In this document: positions 10,719 through 23,233 of the stretch, piece by piece
Numbering within the stretch: position 1 is the first letter of the stretch
Layout of the letters: every line of letters begins with the position of its first letter
Assembly: GCF_011045215.1 (NCBI RefSeq)
Contig: NZ_CP049201.1
Reading direction: 5' to 3' (one strand)
DNA length: 64,000 nucleotides
Source of the DNA: Escherichia coli
GTDB taxonomy: Bacteria; Pseudomonadota; Gammaproteobacteria; Enterobacterales; Enterobacteriaceae
Notes under the pieces: generated by a model
What the model was told of the DNA's origin: nothing
The model's database searches: none
The model's input: only the letters and a program-made list of their open reading frames with translations
Made by a program: the position numbers and the translations under genes

Positions 10719-10865
10719 TAGGTTAAAAACATTGCTTTTTATATTCTGATGCAGATAGCCAGTGAGTATATCGTGCCACTTCAGGATGATGTAGATCCGA
10801 AGAACGCTACAGAAGAGAGGCATTGTTGCTGGCAAATACAAGAAGTATCGGGTTTTGTTGCCCCT

Positions 10866-10899
10866 AAAAACGAAGCCCCGCTATTACAGTAGGCGGGGC
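10866..10899 (-). terminator. intrinsic terminator after ykgJ
   Basis: Hairpin GCCCCGC(11-nt loop)GCGGGGC at 10875-10899, followed on the minus strand by UUCGUUUUU; about 19 nt downstream of the ykgJ stop. Confidence 0.5.
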
Positions 10900-10917
10900 A
10901 GTGCAATTAATTTATGT

Positions 10918-11247
10918 TTATAACGGTGTCAGCCCGTATTTAGCCCTTGCACGATTGCAAGCCTCATTGACGACTCCGTTCTCACCAGACATGGCGAATT
11001 CTCTGCATGTGGACGATCGATTTTTATATATCGTGCAGCAGGCATTTTTGCCCGGGGTTCCTGCAAGGGCAATACATCGGGGGTTTTTCTGATTGGTACC
11101 GCTCATGCATCGGTGAAAAGGGGATATTTGTTCAGTGAGCCTGGCGGGAATAGTGCCGCCAGCATCGTCGGCTTCGGCCCAGTAGAAAGAGACGCGGAAA
11201 AATGCACAACAGGCACCACACGTCATGCATGGATTCAGATTGCTCAT
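10918..11247 (-). CDS. ykgJ: cysteine-rich YkgJ-family (UPF0153) putative Fe-S/zinc protein
   Basis: 109 aa with CMTCGACC...C motifs. Confidence 0.8.
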
Positions 11248-11559
11248 AATTCACCAGTACAGCTATAAATCGTAAAGAGAACAGCGGTACATCGTATGTA
11301 AGAACGTACCGCGGTTGGCTGGTGTACTTTCGATAGTGTGAGTATTGAATGATTTCCAGCCGTTACCGATTTTACGTACTAATTCGTGAATAAACCACTC
11401 GTTAGCAGGCAGCCTGATACCTTTCCGTGTCTCCTGAACACTATGGTGTGCATATGGGAAAGCCCATCGTTACAGGTGATATTGACGATCGCTTCCACAT
11501 CATTTAAACGATTTTTGAGTCTCTGAGGTGGAATTCTTCCCTCGACCGATGGATAAGTA

Positions 11560-12270
11560 TCAGTCCGCCGAAGGGGGCTTAGCCGGACAGGAATCGCTAA
11601 TCTTAATGAATTTGTCGTTATAGACCAAATAATGATTCCCCGGCTGACGTAACTCAGGCTGATGAACCACGTCTCCCGGACGTAGATACCAGGCATCGCC
11701 TTCCTCTTCGGTCGAATCACATCCTGGTTTAATCAATAGCTTAAACCACGTGTTGCCGATGTTACTTACCGTTCCTGTCACCTGGTCGAAGGACCATTTA
11801 AACTGGACCTGACGTGGTCGTACTACCAGAATGGTATCCATCACCACCACCGGCTCCGTGCTGACCTCGCCGCCGGTTGGGCTGCGTCTTGTCTGGTTAC
11901 GAGTGGGGACCTCGCGAAATGAGACCCGGTAGTAGCGCTCGCGGTTATCCTGTGGACCATGATAGTAAAATTTAAAATACTCGCTCTCACCAGCCTGCAA
12001 CGCCAGCTGGCGGGGGGCGAAAAGCAGTTCACCATCCACCGGTCGGGTGCGCAATTCACTGCTGCCCGGGCTATCAATAGCACTGATGGCAATACGGTAT
12101 ATCCGTGCGCTTTTGTTGTTATTCACTACACGTTTGCTGACAAAGTCAGTCTCGGACGGCAGTGAAAAAGTCAGATTGCCGACCGAAATCGCCTGTGTCA
12201 AAGGTGCCGCCAGCATACAGACCGCTGTCAGCAGGGCCTTAGTTAATGTTACGCCACGTCGCCTGAACAT
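11560..12270 (-). CDS. ecpE: E. coli common pilus periplasmic chaperone EcpE
   Basis: Signal peptide plus chaperone-like body; start set at MFRRRGVTL (236 aa) rather than the longer ORF-track start; overlaps the ecpD 3' end. Confidence 0.8.
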   Translation of the reverse strand: MFRRRGVTLTKALLTAVCMLAAPLTQAISVGNLTFSLPSETDFVSKRVVNNNKSARIYRIAISAIDSPGSSELRTRPVDGELLFAPRQLALQAGESEYFKFYYHGPQDNRERYYRVSFREVPTRNQTRRSPTGGEVSTEPVVVMDTILVVRPRQVQFKWSFDQVTGTVSNIGNTWFKLLIKPGCDSTEEEGDAWYLRPGDVVHQPELRQPGNHYLVYNDKFIKISDSCPAKPPSAD

Positions 12271-13882
12271 GAATTTCTCCTGAAGCGCTGACTTCGCCAA
12301 ACCAGCCGTTATCATCTACCGTACGCAGCGAAATGGCGTTATCCATTGGAATCGAAAATTTGACTGTGGTCTTATCCATCTGCCCCACTTCGCCAGAGAT
12401 ATCAGTCCACGGTGTGGTCAGCCACAGCGCATCGGTCATATCCCGCCAGCTATCATCGCACCCGGCATCGTAGGTTTTTGTAGCTCCGTTGCGAGTAATA
12501 AAGGAAAGCGTCGCCGGGAACGGTACTTTCGCCTTACCGTCATCGGAGCTGAAGACACAATAGGAGCGCCCGCCAATCACCTGCGCGGGTCCGGTCACCT
12601 TGATCAGCACTTCGTCGGCAGCTGTTTTACCGCTGGTGGTTACGATATAGCCGAAATCGAGTGCCGACTCGCCGCTGCCGACATATCCCTCCCGCGACGG
12701 TGTCTGAGTATATTCATCGGAGATAATACTGATGCTGAAATCACGGGGTTTGATAAGCAGCGTGTTGGAGGTAGAAAATTCATACCAGCCAGACTCCGGT
12801 GATGTGGTGTTCTGAAAGCGAAAGTTGAATAGATCTTTGGTGTTGATATCGCTGATCCCGAGGTTCACCATCTGCTTAAAGAAGTTGCTCGAGAAGAAAA
12901 CATAGATCGAGTCTGCGCTCTTCATCTCGTTGAAGGTGTAGTAATAGGCAGTATTGCTCACCGGTTTCCATGAACTGCCATTCAGACTGAACTGCATATC
13001 GTACGCCCCGACGGCCGAGGCTAATGATGAGTTGGCGATCGCCGGGAATATATGGATTGAGATGTTGCTGAGTCCGTTTGTTTGCAGGGTGTAGTTGACC
13101 ATCTTACAACTTAATCCTGAAAGGCTGCCGATGGTTTGCGTCCGGCAGTCGGCGTTCCCTTCGCCCAGAGTCGGTACTCCGTCGCTGTTGATAAATACCT
13201 CCGCCAGCGAGTGGGTATTTATTAACCGCAGATTTGCTGCTTTCGTATGGGTGACATTGCGAACATACCAGTTTCCGGAGGCCTGATCCTTACAACGCGC
13301 GCCGCTGCTGGCGTCATAGTTCACAGAGGTCTGACAGGTATTGATGGTCATTGTAAAGCTGCTGCCGACGGGCATTTGTTGCATATACTGGTAAAACGCG
13401 TCTGACAACATGCCGTGCATCCATTTCGCGCCGCCGCTGGTCACCGTCGCGCCATAAAATCCACTGGCGTCGGTGGTTTGCGGCAGGATAAGACTGGTGG
13501 TCATATTACACCCTGCGTACCAGTTGATGCAGCGTAAGCCAGTTAAAGGAGATGAAACCGGCGAATTTTCCAGCCACATATCAAACTTCCAGTTGGTATA
13601 GAGGCCGGTGTTGTAACCGTTATCAATGTAGCCGAGGCTTTGTTGATAAATGGTTCCTGAGCCAGTGTATTTTAAACCGGTCCAGCGGTTGGCACCGGTC
13701 AGGCGCGGATCCAGCGCCCCGCCAGGCGTGACGAAAAAGTTGTCGTCTGAGTTGTTTTCGACAAACACAAACTCGCTTGCCGGTGCATCCGCCCAGGTTG
13801 TTTTGCTCACTGCCGCTCTGAGCGCAGTTACTGGCCAGATTAGCGCGAAAATTATCATCGTTATTAGTAGGTTAACTCTCAT
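12239..13882 (-). CDS. ecpD: E. coli common pilus tip adhesin / polymerised minor subunit EcpD
   Basis: 547 aa with signal peptide; position within the ecp operon. Confidence 0.85.
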   Translation of the reverse strand: MRVNLLITMIIFALIWPVTALRAAVSKTTWADAPASEFVFVENNSDDNFFVTPGGALDPRLTGANRWTGLKYTGSGTIYQQSLGYIDNGYNTGLYTNWKFDMWLENSPVSSPLTGLRCINWYAGCNMTTSLILPQTTDASGFYGATVTSGGAKWMHGMLSDAFYQYMQQMPVGSSFTMTINTCQTSVNYDASSGARCKDQASGNWYVRNVTHTKAANLRLINTHSLAEVFINSDGVPTLGEGNADCRTQTIGSLSGLSCKMVNYTLQTNGLSNISIHIFPAIANSSLASAVGAYDMQFSLNGSSWKPVSNTAYYYTFNEMKSADSIYVFFSSNFFKQMVNLGISDINTKDLFNFRFQNTTSPESGWYEFSTSNTLLIKPRDFSISIISDEYTQTPSREGYVGSGESALDFGYIVTTSGKTAADEVLIKVTGPAQVIGGRSYCVFSSDDGKAKVPFPATLSFITRNGATKTYDAGCDDSWRDMTDALWLTTPWTDISGEVGQMDKTTVKFSIPMDNAISLRTVDDNGWFGEVSASGEIHVQATWRNIN

Positions 13883-16397
13883 TCTCTTCTCCTGTCTGCG
13901 TCACCGCCGCCCACGATGAGAGGCCGCTGCAGACCACATCACCGACCCAGACGGCACCGCGCGCCTGGTTGAGTTCCAGAGCCACTTCGCAGGTTTTATT
14001 GCCACTGTAGCGAAAATCGATAGTGGGGTATTTCTTATCCACGTCCATGACAAACTCGCCGTTTTCATCGGTTCGGGTTCGGCCGATATGGTTGTTAATC
14101 CGTGCGTTAGCCAGCAGTGTGCCGTCTTCCGCACGGATACGACCGGAGACGGTAACCATCTGCTTCACCTCTGGCTCAATGACAGCGACATTGCCTGGAT
14201 AGAGAGTCAGATGACTTTTGCGGCCGCTGACGATATCGTAACTGTCGAGTGAGTTTTTGCTGTTCTGTAACTCCACCTCATATCTTCCATAGGGAGAGAG
14301 CGGGAGATAGTTACGCTTGCCGTGAAGCGGGAAAATCCGCCCGTTGATTTTGGCGCTGATCTGACCGTCGTCCTCCAGCCCGGTGTTGAATATCACCCCA
14401 GCGTTGCCATCAGTCCGCCCGCTGGCAGCAATGTTTTTACCCTGCCAGCCGACGCTGCCATTGGCGGTTAAATTGGTATTGACGTAGCCGTCCGCCGCGC
14501 TATTGACGTTCAGCGTTCCGCTGGCGTAGCGAGCGTCGAACTGTGCATACGCCCCACCACTGAGAGTTTTGTCATCACCTGTATCGCCGGAGATGGCTCG
14601 TGACAGATTGGCACCAACAGTGCGAATGGTCCCTTCATCAAACTGCTTGCATGCTGACAGGTTTGCCATGGTGTAGCCGTTTTGATGAGTCATCCCTGCG
14701 CTAAACCAGTTGCCCAGTGGTAGCGAGAGATCGAGAGCGATATATTTCCCTGTATTGGCGTTGCTGTCGCCGTTGTTATAGCGCTGAATACCGGCCCGCA
14801 GGCCAAGCGAACCAAAGGGACCGCTGTAGACATTTTGATAGTAATCTGCCGTGTAATAATGGCTGTTGTAACGGCGGTCATCATTGTAGCTGATGCTGAA
14901 TGTGCCCAGCTTCGACCACAGTGAGTTCAGGTTGAGTGTGCCGCCGATTGCACGGTTGTCGGCATCGCTACGTCGCAATTGATTGCCAATGCGGGTTTTT
15001 TCCTGGTTAACCCACAGCGAACTAAAGCCTCCCGGTAGAGTGGCGCTGATGCTGGCGATGTTGCTCCATGAGCTGTCACTGGCCAGCATATTTTGCAGGT
15101 TAACGTTGATCGCTCCCCCAAGCGGCAGCGTCAGACGGGTTTCACCCACCGCCTGATTATCGTATCCATATCCCGTTGCCGCCCAGCTAAGCGTACTCAG
15201 TGAGCCGGAGGTCGAGGCACCTGCCAGCCAACTCTCTTTAGCTGGTCGCGTCTTTTTCCCGTTTTCCGACCAGCGATCCATATGAAAGCTACCGCCCCAT
15301 ATCTGCCACGCCAGTGGTGCACCGACGCCGCGCCCCCGGCTAAACAGCTTATTGACCCGCTGGGTGCGTTTGCTGATCACGCGACCGTTAACGATCACCT
15401 CAACTTCCACATCGTAAATACCGTACGGTAGACCCCGGGTATCCACTTCATGATTGCCCATAGTGAAGTTCTGAACGCTTAGTAGCCGCCCATCACGGGT
15501 GAGATGTACTTCACCCGCCGCCGGTAAAAAGGCGATCACTGGCGTGGCTGACTGGCTGCTGTCGAAGATGGTGGAGCTGGCCTGGTTTCCCCAGGAAAGG
15601 CCGTAAATCTTCCCTGCTGAAATGGCGGTCATCGGCCCTAAGGACTGCAAGTTCCAGGTGTCGAGCATTCCACCGGCAAATCGGTGACCGGCAAAATCGC
15701 GTTCATACATCGCTTTATATAATTCACTGTCCTGTTGACCGCTACCGATCCCGTACAGCGAGCCGTCGAGCACCACATGATGTTCGCGCAGTGCAGTAAC
15801 GTTATTCAGCGACAGATAGCTGGATGTGTTGCTCCCGCCGTTACGCAACTGGTTGTTATAGATGCCGAAGTTATAGCTCAGATTACTGCTGAGGGTGTTA
15901 ACACTGGACTGCCCGATGTCTTCGCTACGTGAGCGTAGTACAGTGCCCAGCGCTTCGCGCTTGACCACCAGCTGCAGCAGCAGTTGGCGCAAGCTGAGAT
16001 CCAGCTGCGCGTTGTCAGTCAGGGGGATGGTAAGGGCCTCATTGAACGGGGCGTTCGCCAGAGCCATCAGCTGCTGTCGAGTTTGTTCGCTGACACTGGC
16101 GTTATCTTCACTCTCTTCCAGCTGTATTTTCCGGATGCGTAGCTGTCCATCATCCAGCCAGATAAAAGCGCTGCCGATTCGCTGATCGTCCTGGCGACCC
16201 TGGCTACCGGCGAGATGAATATAAAGCGGGACGCTCATGCCGTCCTGGAGCGCCTGACTGAAGGCCTGCGGAATAATCACCCCACCTATTTGCTGCGCAC
16301 TTATGTCAGCAGCGCTGGCATCGGGCTGAACGAACAAAAAGACCATGCCGAAGGCAAACTGGGCTTTCAGTCCTGGGGAGAACAGTCGTAAAGGCAT
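13872..16397 (-). CDS. ecpC: E. coli common pilus outer membrane usher EcpC
   Basis: 841 aa, signal peptide, usher-sized beta-rich protein between ecpB and ecpD. Confidence 0.9.
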   Translation of the reverse strand: MPLRLFSPGLKAQFAFGMVFLFVQPDASAADISAQQIGGVIIPQAFSQALQDGMSVPLYIHLAGSQGRQDDQRIGSAFIWLDDGQLRIRKIQLEESEDNASVSEQTRQQLMALANAPFNEALTIPLTDNAQLDLSLRQLLLQLVVKREALGTVLRSRSEDIGQSSVNTLSSNLSYNFGIYNNQLRNGGSNTSSYLSLNNVTALREHHVVLDGSLYGIGSGQQDSELYKAMYERDFAGHRFAGGMLDTWNLQSLGPMTAISAGKIYGLSWGNQASSTIFDSSQSATPVIAFLPAAGEVHLTRDGRLLSVQNFTMGNHEVDTRGLPYGIYDVEVEVIVNGRVISKRTQRVNKLFSRGRGVGAPLAWQIWGGSFHMDRWSENGKKTRPAKESWLAGASTSGSLSTLSWAATGYGYDNQAVGETRLTLPLGGAINVNLQNMLASDSSWSNIASISATLPGGFSSLWVNQEKTRIGNQLRRSDADNRAIGGTLNLNSLWSKLGTFSISYNDDRRYNSHYYTADYYQNVYSGPFGSLGLRAGIQRYNNGDSNANTGKYIALDLSLPLGNWFSAGMTHQNGYTMANLSACKQFDEGTIRTVGANLSRAISGDTGDDKTLSGGAYAQFDARYASGTLNVNSAADGYVNTNLTANGSVGWQGKNIAASGRTDGNAGVIFNTGLEDDGQISAKINGRIFPLHGKRNYLPLSPYGRYEVELQNSKNSLDSYDIVSGRKSHLTLYPGNVAVIEPEVKQMVTVSGRIRAEDGTLLANARINNHIGRTRTDENGEFVMDVDKKYPTIDFRYSGNKTCEVALELNQARGAVWVGDVVCSGLSSWAAVTQTGEENES

Positions 16398-16422
16398 TGT
16401 CGTTATCCATCTGCACAGCTAT

Positions 16423-17091
16423 CTATTTCACGGGAATGAACTTATCACCCTGCCAAAGTGCAACCCGTCCTTTGTTATCCGCAGTGTCCACGCGGGTAAA
16501 ACGACGCGACTTGCCCGGCATCAGGTAGTAATTCTCTTTACACTCCTTACCGTTGGCGGCTTTCAGGCAAGGGCCGTAGGCGAGGATCCGCAGCGTCGCA
16601 TTTCCTGTATTTGTCAGGGAGCCGTTGGCGTACTGAAAGTGGTAGTTCGCCTGGCGAGGGGCGACGACCAGAATGGTGCCGATGCGGGCGGAAGCAGTGG
16701 CCACAGCGCTGCGGTTGGCATTATCGCGCTGCGCATCACTGAGGGCCTGATCAAACCAGACAATGCGGTAGTAGCGCTCTTTTTCATCTGCGGGTCCCTT
16801 ATAGAAGAAGCGGATCACTTCGCTGGCTTGGGCGGGTAGCAGCAAGCTGGCGGGAGTGAGTAGCAACTCATCCGGCTTGTCCATTGAGATAACCTGCCCG
16901 TCGTCAAGCGGTGAAGAGAGCCGTTCGAGACGGATATTGATAAGGCGACCACTGTCGGTACTGTTTTTGATCGTTTTGCTCAGCGTGCTGCTGTCACTGT
17001 TCATAAACGATGATATATCGCCGACATCCAGCGCCTGGGCCGGAGATATTCCGGAAAACAGCAGAGCGAGAGGCAGAAGGTGCTTTTTCAT
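16423..17091 (-). CDS. ecpB: E. coli common pilus periplasmic chaperone EcpB
   Basis: 222 aa with signal peptide ([20 protein letters not shown]); paralog of EcpE. Confidence 0.85.
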   Translation of the reverse strand: MKKHLLPLALLFSGISPAQALDVGDISSFMNSDSSTLSKTIKNSTDSGRLINIRLERLSSPLDDGQVISMDKPDELLLTPASLLLPAQASEVIRFFYKGPADEKERYYRIVWFDQALSDAQRDNANRSAVATASARIGTILVVAPRQANYHFQYANGSLTNTGNATLRILAYGPCLKAANGKECKENYYLMPGKSRRFTRVDTADNKGRVALWQGDKFIPVK

Positions 17092-17112
17092 AACAATTCC
17101 GTCCAGGAATAA

Positions 17113-17133
17113 AGCAGGGGGGCTACCCCTGCT
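17113..17133 (-). terminator. stem-loop between ecpA and ecpB (possible partial terminator / attenuator)
   Basis: Inverted repeat AGCAGGGG / CCCCTGCT with loop GGCTA; on the minus strand it is followed by UUAUUCC. Lies in the 57-nt ecpA-ecpB gap. Confidence 0.4.
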
Positions 17134-17148
17134 GGTACATCAGAGAGA

Positions 17149-17736
17149 TTAACTGGTCCAGGTCGCGTCGAACTGTACGCTAACGTCGCCGCTCCAGATG
17201 CCTTCCGGTAGAGTGCTGTAGTCGGTTACTGCGGTGGTACCATTGGTGGTGCCGCTGATGATGGTGAAGGTGAAACCATCCTGTGCAGTGGTACGATTGC
17301 TGGCATTGTAACCGTTAGCCAGCGGGCTAAGGTTGCCGCCCAGTACGCCGTTGGCGGTATCGATCATCACGGTATCGCCAGTTTTTTCGACTGCCGCGCC
17401 GTTATAATCCACGCCCACATTCAGTGTGGAACCTGAGGTATCCAACTGGGTTAATGTGTTGGTGATAAGACGTGAGGTCAGTTTAAAGGCGGTAGCCGTT
17501 GAGTCACCTTCGATAGCCACGTCAAATAGACCTTTCTGTGAGTTAAAACCTTTAATGCCTTCGGCATACTGGAACGCCAGGCTACCGAGTGGCGTCACAA
17601 CCAGCTTACTGGTGGTGTCTTTTTTGGCTGTTGCCGACCAGGTCGCTACAGCCTGAGCTGTTACGTCAGCAGCCTGCGCCACACCCATGCCGGTAAACAC
17701 CGTTACCAGAGCTATTGCCAGAACCTTTTTTTTCAT
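17149..17736 (-). CDS. ecpA: E. coli common pilus major subunit EcpA
   Basis: 195 aa, signal peptide [22 protein letters not shown], Thr/Ser-rich pilin-like sequence. Confidence 0.9.
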   Translation of the reverse strand: MKKKVLAIALVTVFTGMGVAQAADVTAQAVATWSATAKKDTTSKLVVTPLGSLAFQYAEGIKGFNSQKGLFDVAIEGDSTATAFKLTSRLITNTLTQLDTSGSTLNVGVDYNGAAVEKTGDTVMIDTANGVLGGNLSPLANGYNASNRTTAQDGFTFTIISGTTNGTTAVTDYSTLPEGIWSGDVSVQFDATWTS

Positions 17737-17810
17737 TGCATTTCTTCCCGAGTTGAATTGAGGACGTGATGTCCCAGTGAGTCATTTTTTAAAACTAACT
17801 TGCCTGGAGT

Positions 17811-19170
<1,360 letters not shown>

Positions 19171-19404
19171 GTGAAAATGCAGGCTGCGCCGCAAAGGGAG
19201 GAGACTGAGTGGCGTGTTCAGTCTAAAAGAGAGTTGATGCCAGCATACAGGGGCGAAGCTGGTCAACAAGTCAACATTAAGATAATGGAATATTCGGAGA
19301 GAAACGTCAGGCAGTTGGCCTCAAATGAACAGGAAGAATATATCCGCAGGAAAATTAATGTTGGTGTTATAAACACACCAACATTAAACCGATCTGATTA
19401 TTAA
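19171..19404 (+). CDS. ykgL: small uncharacterised protein YkgL
   Basis: 77-codon ORF (possibly starting at the second Met) in the position expected for ykgL; no recognisable domain. Confidence 0.4.
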   Translation: MKMQAAPQREETEWRVQSKRELMPAYRGEAGQQVNIKIMEYSERNVRQLASNEQEEYIRRKINVGVINTPTLNRSDY

Positions 19405-19438
19405 TCAGACAAATATCGTTAATTCGTCGAATTTTAAA

Positions 19439-19579
19439 TCAACGTTTTTTCTTACGACCCTGAACGGCCTTAAAACGTGGATTAGATTTACAAATCACAT
19501 ATAGCCGTCCTTTTCGCTTCACAATCTGACAGTCTGGATGGCGTTCTTTTGCGGTACGAAGAGAGTTAAGAACTTTCAT
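19439..19579 (-). CDS. ykgO: ribosomal protein L36 paralog (non-zinc-ribbon type)
   Basis: Minus-strand translation [46 protein letters not shown] (46 aa); the start ATG overlaps the ykgM stop in a TGATG arrangement. Confidence 0.85.
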   Translation of the reverse strand: MKVLNSLRTAKERHPDCQIVKRKGRLYVICKSNPRFKAVQGRKKKR

Positions 19580-19842
19580 CACGCCCCCTTTTTCGTGCTA
19601 ACAAAACGACCAAAACGTTGGGTGAATCGTGCAACATTTCCTTCTGATGCCACTGTTCTCAGCTTCCCTGTATAGAACGGGTGCGATTTAGAAGAGACAT
19701 CAATTGTCACGTATGGATACGTTACGCCATCCAGCTCAATCTCACGGTCTGTTTTGATAGTCGAGCCGATTTTAAAGTACTCATCAACACTGGTGTCGTG
19801 GAACACCACAGTACGATACTCAGGATGGATATTGGGTTTCAT
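19579..19842 (-). CDS. ykgM: ribosomal protein L31 paralog (type B, no zinc ribbon)
   Basis: 87 aa from [23 protein letters not shown]…; AGGTGA Shine-Dalgarno upstream; the ORF-track GTG start three codons earlier was rejected. Confidence 0.9.
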
Positions 19843-19853
19843 CATTTTCACCT

Positions 19854-19871
19854 GTTATGTTATAACATAAC
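19854..19871. promoter_or_regulatory. Zur-box-like perfect palindrome upstream of ykgM
   Basis: GTTATGTTATAACATAAC is an 18-bp perfect palindrome 12-29 nt upstream of the ykgM ATG; ykgM-ykgO is a known Zur-repressed operon. Confidence 0.6.
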
Positions 19872-20204
19872 CGTAAAGATACATGCTCATCCGGATCATT
19901 TCAACACCCAATCCCTGTGACCCTTTGTGGATGTGGAATTTCCGCAACGGGGAACTCTGGCATTGTTAGCAGCCGTTGGCGACGCTCCCATAAACGCCTG
20001 GATGAGTGATTGATGATGGTTTTGCTGAGAGTATGGATTTTTCGAGAATGGAGGTTATCTCCACTTTACTGGCCGATGATTTATCGCAGTATGATTGATT
20101 ACCTGACAGCGTGTATTCCTCTCCCACGGATATAATAATTACTTACAAAAAGGGAGAGGATGCATATTTTAAATATCACTGAAGTGAACAGTTTATTGCC
20201 GTTA

Positions 20205-20306
20205 TTAATAGAAATGGAGAAATAAATAGGCGTATTCTACAATTGCGACAAAAACAACGATATTAATCAGTTTATGACTGATTTGTTGTACTTTATTCTC
20301 TTTCAT
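20205..20306 (-). CDS. ykgR: small hydrophobic protein YkgR
   Basis: Minus-strand ORF translates exactly to MKENKVQQISHKLINIVVFVAIVEYAYLFLHFY (33 aa), which I recognise as YkgR. Confidence 0.7.
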   Translation of the reverse strand: MKENKVQQISHKLINIVVFVAIVEYAYLFLHFY

Positions 20307-20779
20307 TGGTACTTCCTCGCTTTAAAAAAGAGCGCACTTCGTAAGTGCCCTTATATAAATAACGAGTTTGGTCAACCAATTTTTTGACATGTATCACAAA
20401 TTTGAATAGATGTATTACATCGGCTATCTTTTATTGCACCAACGTCATTGATATATGTCGCCTGAAGTCAGTTCCGGGAATGAGTCTGATCTCAAGACTG
20501 GCCCAGTCCTGGCGTTGATTGGCGCTGAGGAGCATATCGCATCTCATTATAATGTCGTATCTCCTGGGGTGTTATACAAGATATCGTTGTTGGTAACCTG
20601 GGCGAGGAATTGAGCTCTATTAAACCGTCAACTATGCCGGATACATACTGGATTACACTGAAGGCACGCCTTATGAGAGAACGTGCCGCAGTGACGGGTT
20701 AATTATCTGAAAGAATTTGTGAGGCTGTATCGGTTACTCATTGATTTGATAGTTTTACTCTCGGGAGAGTAATAGATAT

Positions 20780-21922
20780 TTAATCCATTAACGGAAACCA
20801 GCCAGTTCCTTTCGATGCCTGAATTTGATCCCATAGTTTATCCGGAATGGTTAATTCAGGAACAAGTTGTGGATTAAGGGTTGTTTGAATTTCATGGCCT
20901 CTACCTGATTCAGCTAAAGTCACCCATTCTGGATTTATCACCAGCCCTTTACCGATCGCAACAAGTGGCAGGCCAGTGGAAATTGCTTCTTGAGCCTGAG
21001 ACGGTGTGCGTATTTTACCTGCAGCGATTACCGGCACTCTGCCTGCAATATGATTTAAAATCAATTCAATAGTTCGGGGGCCATTTGGCGACTCAACAGG
21101 GTAGCTATCGTTAATACTGACCAGCGAGGTATGTATATACGAAATACCGGATGAAATGAGCCGATCAAGGAGTTTATAAGTATCCTCTATCCGCAGCCCC
21201 CCTGTTGCAGATTCTTCAGGAGATATTCTGTAACCGATGGCAAAGGGCTTTGTCGCATATTCATAGACTACATTTTTTACTTCCTGTAATACGGCCAGCG
21301 GGAAGCGCATACGTCCTTCGAGATCTCCTCCCCATCGGTCATTACGCTGGTTAAATAGAGGGGAGAAGAAATTCTGTAGAAGGAATCCGTGCGCACCATG
21401 AAGTTCAATGCCATCAAAACCTGCTTTAATCGCCCTTTTTGTGACATCTCCGAATGCTCTAATGGTTTCCTGAATTTCGTTTTCAGTCATTTCCCTGCTT
21501 TGTACCACTCTCTTCATAAAGTCACCAGATTTTACGCTTGATGCGCTGGCACTAATAACATCGTTATTTGGTACAAGCTCCGGGATGGCTTTATTACCGG
21601 CGTGGAAAATCTGCAAAATAGCCGGAGCACCCCCACTTTTGGCTGCCGCTGCTAACTTTTCAAGGCTGTTAATGAAACGGTCGTCATACGCGGCAAATTC
21701 ATGAGTAAACCCAATGCCGCTTGGCGTGACATAGGTACATCCTGTTATTACTAAACCAACATTTTGTGAGCGGCGTTTATAAAATTCGAGTTCTTGCTCA
21801 GAGATGGTTCCATCAGGATTCGCTGACCAGGTCGTCATAGGAGCCATAACGATACGATTACGTAGCTTTATTTTTTCTGTCAGCATAAAAGGAGAAAACA
21901 ATGATGGGTGTTTATTTGTCAT
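20780..21922 (-). CDS. Old Yellow Enzyme family NADH:flavin oxidoreductase
   Basis: 380 aa with OYE hallmarks (…MAPMTT…, GFDGIELHGAHGFLL, …HAGN…). Confidence 0.8.
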   Translation of the reverse strand: MTNKHPSLFSPFMLTEKIKLRNRIVMAPMTTWSANPDGTISEQELEFYKRRSQNVGLVITGCTYVTPSGIGFTHEFAAYDDRFINSLEKLAAAAKSGGAPAILQIFHAGNKAIPELVPNNDVISASASSVKSGDFMKRVVQSREMTENEIQETIRAFGDVTKRAIKAGFDGIELHGAHGFLLQNFFSPLFNQRNDRWGGDLEGRMRFPLAVLQEVKNVVYEYATKPFAIGYRISPEESATGGLRIEDTYKLLDRLISSGISYIHTSLVSINDSYPVESPNGPRTIELILNHIAGRVPVIAAGKIRTPSQAQEAISTGLPLVAIGKGLVINPEWVTLAESGRGHEIQTTLNPQLVPELTIPDKLWDQIQASKGTGWFPLMD

Positions 21923-22156
21923 AACAATACCTCAAATGTTTATCTGATTTTGATGCGTATGTTTTAACTGGTTAGTTGTTGCCAGCTTTGGAACCAAGAG
22001 TTCTGGCTTTATTTATAATCCCTTTAAAGGGTTTCTAATAATTGAGTTGCTGCTTTTTTGTTTTTTAATGAAATTTCTTTTTGAGTAATTTTATTATTGT
22101 TGTGTAGTCAATAAAGGATAAATGTCAGGGAGATAAGGAATCTCCCTGTAAAATTA

Positions 22157-23077
22157 TTACAAATGTGTTTTATAAAAAGGAATTAATTTATCGAGTGCCT
22201 GTTTTACAGGTTCTGGCTTATCATACAGGTCGTAATGTGAATAACCTTCAACCACGACCAGCTCTTTATGTTTTGAAGCAGCGCGGCCAATAATTTCGCA
22301 GCCGTCACGGTAGGCACCAAATGCGCCCACTCTATCGCCCACCACAACCATTATTGGTTGAGTTAACAGGACTTCTGCAAGATGAAATGCATCCCAACCC
22401 ACGGCAACAGTCTGATGTGAGAATAGCGAACGATTTACCCCATTAGGTGCATAGCCTCGTGGCGAACGATAATATTCTGTGGCTTCAAAAAGGTCTATTT
22501 CTGTTAATCCCGCTTCAAGAGCTGCATCCGGAGAAGAGGGGAGTAAATCATCTACGCGAAGTTTTGCGCCGTTAGCTTCGTCTGTTCTTTGTTGCGCCAT
22601 TGCTTCGAGTGCTCCGATAGGATTAAACGCTGTAAATCCCTCACGCATAAGACGCCCGTAGTTTGCACCCGTGACAGTACCAATAGCTTTAATTCGACGT
22701 TCTGTCATTGCGGCATTAATGGCATATCCACCTCCACCACAAATACCCAGTACACCAATACGCCCGGCATCAACGTAAGGTAAGCTGGTAAGGTAATCAA
22801 CGACAATGCTGAAGTCTTTTACTCGCATTGTTGGATCTTCCAGATAACGCGGTTCCCCACCGCTGCTTCCCTGAAAACTGGCATCAAAAGCAATGACGAT
22901 AAAGCCAGCTTTTGCCAGGGCGGCACCATACACACTACCCGATGTCTGTTCTTTGCAGCTTCCAATTGGATGGGCGCTGATAATGGCAGGATACTTTTTT
23001 TCACTATTAAAATCGTCAGGGAAATAGATATCAGCAGCTATATCCCAGTAAGTGTGTTTTATCGAAACAGTTTTCAT
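22157..23077 (-). CDS. alpha/beta hydrolase, dienelactone-hydrolase-like with Cys at the nucleophile elbow (cytoplasmic paralog)
   Basis: 306 aa; motifs FDASFQGSSGGEPR, GRIGVLGICGGGG and KELVVVEGYSHYDLYD are collinear with the 2236-3393 hydrolase; no signal peptide. Confidence 0.75.
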   Translation of the reverse strand: MKTVSIKHTYWDIAADIYFPDDFNSEKKYPAIISAHPIGSCKEQTSGSVYGAALAKAGFIVIAFDASFQGSSGGEPRYLEDPTMRVKDFSIVVDYLTSLPYVDAGRIGVLGICGGGGYAINAAMTERRIKAIGTVTGANYGRLMREGFTAFNPIGALEAMAQQRTDEANGAKLRVDDLLPSSPDAALEAGLTEIDLFEATEYYRSPRGYAPNGVNRSLFSHQTVAVGWDAFHLAEVLLTQPIMVVVGDRVGAFGAYRDGCEIIGRAASKHKELVVVEGYSHYDLYDKPEPVKQALDKLIPFYKTHL

Positions 23078-23233
23078 TTCAAGCTCCGGGGATTTGCCTA
23101 AACAGATTTAAATATCATTTCTATTATCCGCAACTGGCATTTGTGTTCATATCGAGAACGGCGTAATAGTATGACTTGTATTGGTTATCATCAATGGTCT
23201 AATATCTATCACAGTGTTAAGTTAAGGTTTACA

